Assembly: GCA_964506615.1 (NCBI GenBank)
Contig: CAZDLC010000001.1
Location: forward strand, 1 to 49,138
Reading direction: 5' to 3'
DNA length: 49,138 nucleotides
Source of the DNA: an uncultured archaeon
GTDB lineage: Archaea > Aenigmatarchaeota > Aenigmatarchaeia > CG10238-14 > SCSR01
Shown here piece after piece: positions 44,624 through 49,138 of the stretch. The position numbers and the translations under genes are program-made. The notes beneath the pieces are model-generated. The model saw only the letters and a program-made list of their open reading frames with translations. It ran no database searches and was not told where the DNA came from. The stretch's first letter is position 1; each line of letters starts with the position of its first letter.

Positions 44624-45118
44624 TCAAGTGGTGAATTTTCTAGCTTTTTTATCACAATAAATAATTAATTTCATTTTTTCCTCAACATCCTTATCCTTAA
44701 GCTTATGCTCTTGAGTTTTTTCTTCATCAAAAATATGAACAACTTCATGCCCAATTTTTGCTAAATAATTTGCAATATATCTTCTATGACACCTAAACCA
44801 AAAGTATTCACTACACAATATTCCTGCAATTTTTCCATTAATTATCTCCAAAAGTTTTTCAATACTTTTTGAAAATTCTTCTGTTTTTGAAAATGCCTCA
44901 TATCCTTCCTTCCTATAACCTCCAAGTTCAGGAAAATGTAGATACTCAATTTCATTTTTGGGCAATTCCTTTTCAAGATTTTCTTTGTTGAAGTGGGGAT
45001 ATTTTGTGCTCTTAGGAAATCTTCTTACATCTACTACCAAATCAATTTTGAATTTTTTTAAAACAGAAATAAATTCGCTAAGAGTTCGCGTGCTATGTCC
45101 AATTGTATAAATTTTCAT
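44624..45118 (-). CDS. DUF488-family protein
   Basis: MKIYTIGHSTRTLSEFISVLKKFKIDLVVDVRRFPKS and ILCSEYFWFRCHRRYIANYL match the DUF488 signature blocks. Confidence 0.85.
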   Translation of the reverse strand: MKIYTIGHSTRTLSEFISVLKKFKIDLVVDVRRFPKSTKYPHFNKENLEKELPKNEIEYLHFPELGGYRKEGYEAFSKTEEFSKSIEKLLEIINGKIAGILCSEYFWFRCHRRYIANYLAKIGHEVVHIFDEEKTQEHKLKDKDVEEKMKLIIYCDKKARKFTT

Positions 45119-45125
45119 AATTTAA

Positions 45126-46241
45126 TTACTTTTTCTCCTTGTCTTTAAGTACTCTTGCAAGCTCCCTTATTAATTTTCTAACATATTCTCTCATTTCATA
45201 AACTTCCTTGTCAGGAATTTTATCCAATTTCTTTTCTTCAGCAAGCTTTTTTAGCTCTTCTATTCTTTTCCACACATCCCAATAATAGCTTTCAATAAGC
45301 TTTGTATCTACAAGCTCTTTTTTGAATGCGATAGGAATTTCTTCTTCCTTTTCTGGAGCTTTCTTCAAAGTTTTGAGAGCAGTTAGTGCAGCCTTGTACA
45401 ATACTTCATGCGTCCTCTCAAGTATTTTCTCCTTTTTTCTTATTTCCAAGGCATTTAACAAACTAAACATTTTGTTAACGAATTTTTCTGCTTTATCAAT
45501 CCATTCGTCAACAAAAGCACCGCTTACATCTGTCAATTCCTTATGTTCTATTTTCTTTCTAATCTCGATTATTTCTCTAAGCCATTCAGCATATTCATGC
45601 TCAAGAATTCCTGGCTCAACTAAGTATTTTTTCACTTCCTCATAAGCTTTACTTGGAACAGGTGGCTCTAAACCCATGAACATCAAAACAGCTTGAGCTG
45701 TATTTAACATAGCATAATAGCAATCCTCAGCCAGCATTAAAAGCTTAACAGTTTTTGCTCTCATCAGCTTTTTCGGTGCACCTTCCATATAGTTTTCTAT
45801 AGCCTCCCTTGTAGCAGGAATTCTTCCCATTTCTAAAAGCTTTTTAATTGGGGCAAAAAATCCTGTATCATAAATTGCAACCCCTTCCTTTATAAAATTG
45901 TAAATTATTGGGTGGCAAACTCTTGCATAATCCCAAAATTCTGTTAAAGTATAGCTTGGCTGGATAGAAATTTTTTCAGAAATTTTATTAGCAATTTTTT
46001 CAAGATTTTCATCAACTTTTTCCTGAAATTCTGGAGTTATTTTAAAATTAGTATCGTCTAAAACAACGAAAATATCAACGTCGCTTTTTGGTTTAAATTC
46101 TTCTCTTGCAACACTTCCCATCATAACTATACATTTTATGTACTTTCCGTATTTTTCAAGAACTTTCTTAGAAAATTTTTTAACAAGATCTAAAATTTCT
46201 TCTCTTGTTTCAACTTTCCCTTTTTCAACTTTTTTTCTCAT
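45126..46241 (-). CDS. Fused minimal nucleotidyltransferase (MNT) - HEPN-like protein with an intact Rx4H motif and a helical C-terminal extension of about 100 aa
   Basis: Pol-beta NTase motif GSVAREEFKPKSDVDIFVVLDD. A helical domain follows, with AEDCYYAMLNTAQAVLMF and R228-KKIE-H233 (codons at 45560..45543, checked by hand). Paralogous to the 46436..47263 gene. Confidence 0.7.
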   Translation of the reverse strand: MRKKVEKGKVETREEILDLVKKFSKKVLEKYGKYIKCIVMMGSVAREEFKPKSDVDIFVVLDDTNFKITPEFQEKVDENLEKIANKISEKISIQPSYTLTEFWDYARVCHPIIYNFIKEGVAIYDTGFFAPIKKLLEMGRIPATREAIENYMEGAPKKLMRAKTVKLLMLAEDCYYAMLNTAQAVLMFMGLEPPVPSKAYEEVKKYLVEPGILEHEYAEWLREIIEIRKKIEHKELTDVSGAFVDEWIDKAEKFVNKMFSLLNALEIRKKEKILERTHEVLYKAALTALKTLKKAPEKEEEIPIAFKKELVDTKLIESYYWDVWKRIEELKKLAEEKKLDKIPDKEVYEMREYVRKLIRELARVLKDKEKK

Positions 46242-46434
46242 TTCTATCCCTCAAACTGCAATAAGGAACTTCTTTACATTTTGGTGTATAATCATATCCT
46301 TTTTCATGTAATCCTAAGCTAACAATCTCAGAAACATAAGGGCTTCTTTCTCTTAGCTTTGCTGGATCAGAAGTTGGTATTCTATTGGCTGGTAACAAGC
46401 ACTTTTCACCAACTTTAAATTTGCATTCTTCCAT
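46225..46434 (-). CDS. Small 4-Cys protein between the two MNT-HEPN paralogs
   Basis: MEECKFKVGEKC...PKCKEVPYC. The ATG at 46434 lies 1 nt after the upstream gene's stop, and the 3' end overlaps the downstream gene by 17 nt. The ORF also stays open back to 46449. Confidence 0.4.
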   Translation of the reverse strand: MEECKFKVGEKCLLPANRIPTSDPAKLRERSPYVSEIVSLGLHEKGYDYTPKCKEVPYCSLRDRNEKKS

Positions 46435-46435
46435 A

Positions 46436-47263
46436 TTATTCACCCTCAAAAAATTCTTTTGGCAAGAGTTTCTTCATCCTTTCAACAATTTCTTTTGCTA
46501 AATTTAACGCTTTTTCTAAGTATGCTGTATCAACTTTCTCAACTATTTTATGATCTATATCCTTCCAAAGCTTATCCAATGCTTTGAATTTTTCTACAAA
46601 TTCTGGTTCAAGCTTTTTTTCTTCAACTAACTTTTCTAAAAATTCAGGCAGAGCTTTCTGGTCTGGCTGAGCCTTGTAGAAATACATAACAACAGCTTGG
46701 CATGCATCTGTAGCAGCATACCTTAATTCAAAAATCATCGATTTCAAATCCAGCTCTAATTTTTTTAATCTTGCTTCGCTTGCGCTAGCTTTAAGCTTTA
46801 TAGTTTCTTCGCTTGGAGGAATTAAACCCATTTCTAGCATTCTCTTAACAGGTTTAATAAAGCCAGTATCGTATATCGGCAAACCATACCTCAAAAAGTT
46901 TATTAGCTCTGGTGAGCCAGCCTTAACCCAGCTCCAAAATTCTGTTAGGGTTGTGGTTTGGATGTGCAAATCCTTAAGCTCCTGAGCAATTAAGTAAAGC
47001 TGTGTATTTACTTTTTGCAAATCTTCAGAACTTTTTGTGGCAGTATCGTCCAAAATTACCCAAACATCTATATCGCTACCTTCTTTCATAGTACCTTTAG
47101 CAGCAGAGCCAAATATAAGAACAGATTTAATAAGTTCTCCATATTGCCTTCTTGCCTCATTTGTAAATGCTATAACCTTAGAATAAATTTCCTTTTTTGG
47201 TTTTTCTTTCTCAACCAATTTTTCAGCCTTTTTCAATTCTTCTTCAAGCTTTTCTAAAACCAT
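46436..47263 (-). CDS. Fused MNT - HEPN-like protein, paralog with a degenerate (Wx4H) motif
   Basis: GSAAKGTMKEGSDIDVWVILDD. TLTEFWSWVKAGSPELINFLRYGLPIYDTGFIKPVKRMLEMGLIPP is collinear with the other paralog. The position aligned to R228 is W233 (LWKDIDH). Confidence 0.7.
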   Translation of the reverse strand: MVLEKLEEELKKAEKLVEKEKPKKEIYSKVIAFTNEARRQYGELIKSVLIFGSAAKGTMKEGSDIDVWVILDDTATKSSEDLQKVNTQLYLIAQELKDLHIQTTTLTEFWSWVKAGSPELINFLRYGLPIYDTGFIKPVKRMLEMGLIPPSEETIKLKASASEARLKKLELDLKSMIFELRYAATDACQAVVMYFYKAQPDQKALPEFLEKLVEEKKLEPEFVEKFKALDKLWKDIDHKIVEKVDTAYLEKALNLAKEIVERMKKLLPKEFFEGE

Positions 47264-47327
47264 ATTTATCTTTTGTTATCCCTATTTAAATATTTTTCTA
47301 TTTTTAACCACTTATTAGTAAAAACAA

Positions 47328-49112
47328 CTACTTTAATTCTTCTCTTTTCCATTTTTCAGGAGAAACTCTTTCTGTTGCAGCAGCACCTAGAAAAGTATAT
47401 TCTTCTTCTGGAACTAATATTACTCCTTTTAATGGATCTAAAGCATGCTCAGAAATTATAGCTCTCTGCCTTTCTAAAGAAGCTACTTCGCCTGTTGCAA
47501 AACCGAAAAATTCTTCCATAGGAAGTTTTTCAGGAGGAACATCTTTTTCCAAAAATTCAACTATTTTCCTTAGCGCTATAACAGACTGTTGAATTGGGTC
47601 AGGTCCTCCACCCCTTTCAAAAACTATAAAATAATCTTTTTTATCTTTTCCAAAACCTTTTTTTCTTAGCTTGTACATAAGCTTGTAAAGATAGTACTGC
47701 TGCTCTGAGCCTAATGGAATTGGTATGTGAGCAGGAGCTAATGGAGCAGGATAGCCAGTATGTAAAACTAAAACAAGCTTTCCTGCATCTTCTGGCAATA
47801 AATCTATAACTAATTCTGGGTCTAACCTTAAGCTTAGTAAGTGTTCGAAATCCATTGCTATTGCTAAACATAAAAATCCTGCATCTTCATTTACTTGTTT
47901 AGCTAAGAGGTACATCTGAATAGGATTTGGTAGTCGAAGCCACTCTTCTATTCCTCTATGCGCCATAGGAGTTTCTAAAACTAAAGGCATCTTATACTTC
48001 TTAATTATTTCTTTAAAATCATGATAGGCTTTTTTTGGATTTTTATCCTGATTTAAATGGCCCCATATATATTTTGCAGAAACAGCAGGAACCCACAAAT
48101 AGTTATACTTTCTAAAATTTTCATCGTCTATGCTCCTTTTCTTTATTCCCTTTTCTTTGGACCATTCTTCTACACTTTTTCCCTCGCTCTTAGCAAAAAA
48201 TTCTAAAGTTGAATTTACTATATTAATCCAAAGAGGGTCATTATTCCTTTCCATCCATTTAGCAATTAAATAATAAGCAATTCTTTCAGGACCATAATGC
48301 AAACTTCTTGATTGAAGGGTTTCTAAAAATCTTGAAATTAAACTTTTTATTTCTGCCAATACACTTTTTTCTATCAAGATATCAGTTTCTTCTATTTCTT
48401 TTTGAGTAAAAGTTGCGTAAGATTTTCCCCATTTAACTTCATGCCCGCTCACTATACCTTCTATTTCCCTTCTTATTATTTCCCCTAAGCTATAGCCAAA
48501 CATATCTCTCCAAATATATTCTTGAGCCCCAGTAGCATTACTTATGTCTGTGGATGTGATTTCTATTCTTTTTTCTTTCCATTTTTCAAAAATTCTTTTT
48601 GCAACATCCTCAATCTTTCCTCCAACAAGCCACTCTATTAACCATTTGTTTTCTTCTGTTTCCAAAAAATCTCTCAAAGGATTTCCAAAAAAGTCAACTA
48701 GCGAACAAGGTTGCAAATGCCTTTCTAAAAGCAAAAAAGGCTCTGACTCAGAAGAATGAATTAAAACATATTCGCACTTTATTTCTCCTGCCTTTTCCAA
48801 AATTTCTCTTAATCTTTCATGTCCAAACTTATAATCTGTTTCTATAGCAGAATCAAGCTCAGCAGCCTCAACACCAAAAGCTCTAGTTTCTGAGTGAATT
48901 GCGTATCTTATTCCTAAATTCCTTATTTTCTCCAAATCCTCTTTTAAATTTGGTGTTTTAAATTCAGATATAGATTCCAAATCAATCTGAACGAATTGCA
49001 CACCCTTAGTAATGCAGTATTCAGCTTTTTTAGCCAAGCCAACATATTGAATTCTTTCCTGCTCTGCTGCAGCTCCAAATATTCCGCTTGAAACTCCTAT
49101 TATGTAAGCCAT
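47328..49112 (-). CDS. Endo IV / xylose-isomerase-like TIM-barrel protein with an insertion of about 220 aa and a C-terminal extension
   Basis: Ordered motifs are AIH73SE, LIH119SS, LVLE380TP, MD421FEH424, LH451TG, AH462IP and VFE499RG. They occur in the same order, and with similar spacing, as the ligand contexts of the 273-aa Endo IV at 37685..38506. The exception is 261 aa between the second His and the Glu, against 40 aa in Endo IV. Confidence 0.5.
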   Translation of the reverse strand: MAYIIGVSSGIFGAAAEQERIQYVGLAKKAEYCITKGVQFVQIDLESISEFKTPNLKEDLEKIRNLGIRYAIHSETRAFGVEAAELDSAIETDYKFGHERLREILEKAGEIKCEYVLIHSSESEPFLLLERHLQPCSLVDFFGNPLRDFLETEENKWLIEWLVGGKIEDVAKRIFEKWKEKRIEITSTDISNATGAQEYIWRDMFGYSLGEIIRREIEGIVSGHEVKWGKSYATFTQKEIEETDILIEKSVLAEIKSLISRFLETLQSRSLHYGPERIAYYLIAKWMERNNDPLWINIVNSTLEFFAKSEGKSVEEWSKEKGIKKRSIDDENFRKYNYLWVPAVSAKYIWGHLNQDKNPKKAYHDFKEIIKKYKMPLVLETPMAHRGIEEWLRLPNPIQMYLLAKQVNEDAGFLCLAIAMDFEHLLSLRLDPELVIDLLPEDAGKLVLVLHTGYPAPLAPAHIPIPLGSEQQYYLYKLMYKLRKKGFGKDKKDYFIVFERGGGPDPIQQSVIALRKIVEFLEKDVPPEKLPMEEFFGFATGEVASLERQRAIISEHALDPLKGVILVPEEEYTFLGAAATERVSPEKWKREELK

Positions 49113-49138
49113 TAACCAGGCACCCCAAAACTTTTCTT

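Noticed and set aside
45322-45645. 107-aa plus-strand ORF inside the MNT-HEPN gene, plus 47015..47257, 47273..47461, 47641..47871, 48544..48759 and 48599..48847
   Set aside because: These are alternative-frame or antisense shadows of long minus-strand genes with recognisable motifs.
45126-47263. The two NTase-domain proteins as candidates for the CCA-adding enzyme, since neither tRNA encodes CCA
   Set aside because: They are too short (371 and 275 aa). They also lack the neck/body/tail regions I recall from class I archaeal CCA-adding enzymes. The domain after the NTase fold looks HEPN-like instead.
1-49138. Search by eye for CRISPR arrays, tandem repeats, IS elements, integrases, rRNA genes, and C/D-box sRNAs (RUGAUGA...CUGA pairs in spacers)
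   Set aside because: I saw no regularly spaced direct repeats, no transposase or integrase-like ORFs, and no convincing C/D box pairs in intergenic regions. This is a visual scan only, so an Infernal/Rfam and repeat-finder run would be needed to make it definitive.

Overview
This window is an AT-rich (about 30% GC by eye), very gene-dense archaeal chromosomal segment. Intergenic spacers are short and many genes overlap by 4 to 40 nt. This streamlined layout would fit a small-genome (DPANN-like) archaeon, but that assignment is inference only.

Most of the content is core information processing:
- Seven aminoacyl-tRNA synthetase genes: trpS, pheS, pheT, alaS, ileS, hisS, leuS.
- aIF2 alpha and gamma, ribosomal proteins S6e and S2, Nop10, Nob1, archease, TFB and Sec61 beta.
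- A compact RNase P RNA, tRNA-His(GUG) with an encoded G-1, and an intron-containing tRNA-Arg(UCU).

Other content includes a peptidase operon (two M29 genes plus one M24), uppS, GT2 and GT-C glycosyltransferases, a PIN-ATPase-KH protein, Endo IV, HD and NUDIX hydrolases, and several small exported Cys-containing proteins.

Four real genes fall below the 60-aa cutoff of the ORF track and were found by hand translation: Nop10, Sec61 beta, a TFB-ribbon-like miniprotein and a cross-brace zinc-finger miniprotein.

I saw no CRISPR array, integrase, transposase or rRNA.

The best candidate for an undescribed system is the six-gene minus-strand cluster at 43873..49112. It contains an Endo IV-like TIM-barrel protein with an insertion of about 220 aa, and two paralogous fused nucleotidyltransferase-HEPN proteins, one keeping the Rx4H motif and one with Wx4H. 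It also has a 4-Cys miniprotein between those paralogs, a DUF488 protein and an orphan ORF.

Secondary curiosities:
- An unassigned structured element of about 107 nt at 8883..8987.
- An AbrB-like ORF with no stop codon before tRNA-His.
- A shared C-terminal (S/T)YIG tail on the PAC2-like protein and a neighbouring orphan.

All functional calls rest on motif recognition by eye. No database search was run.
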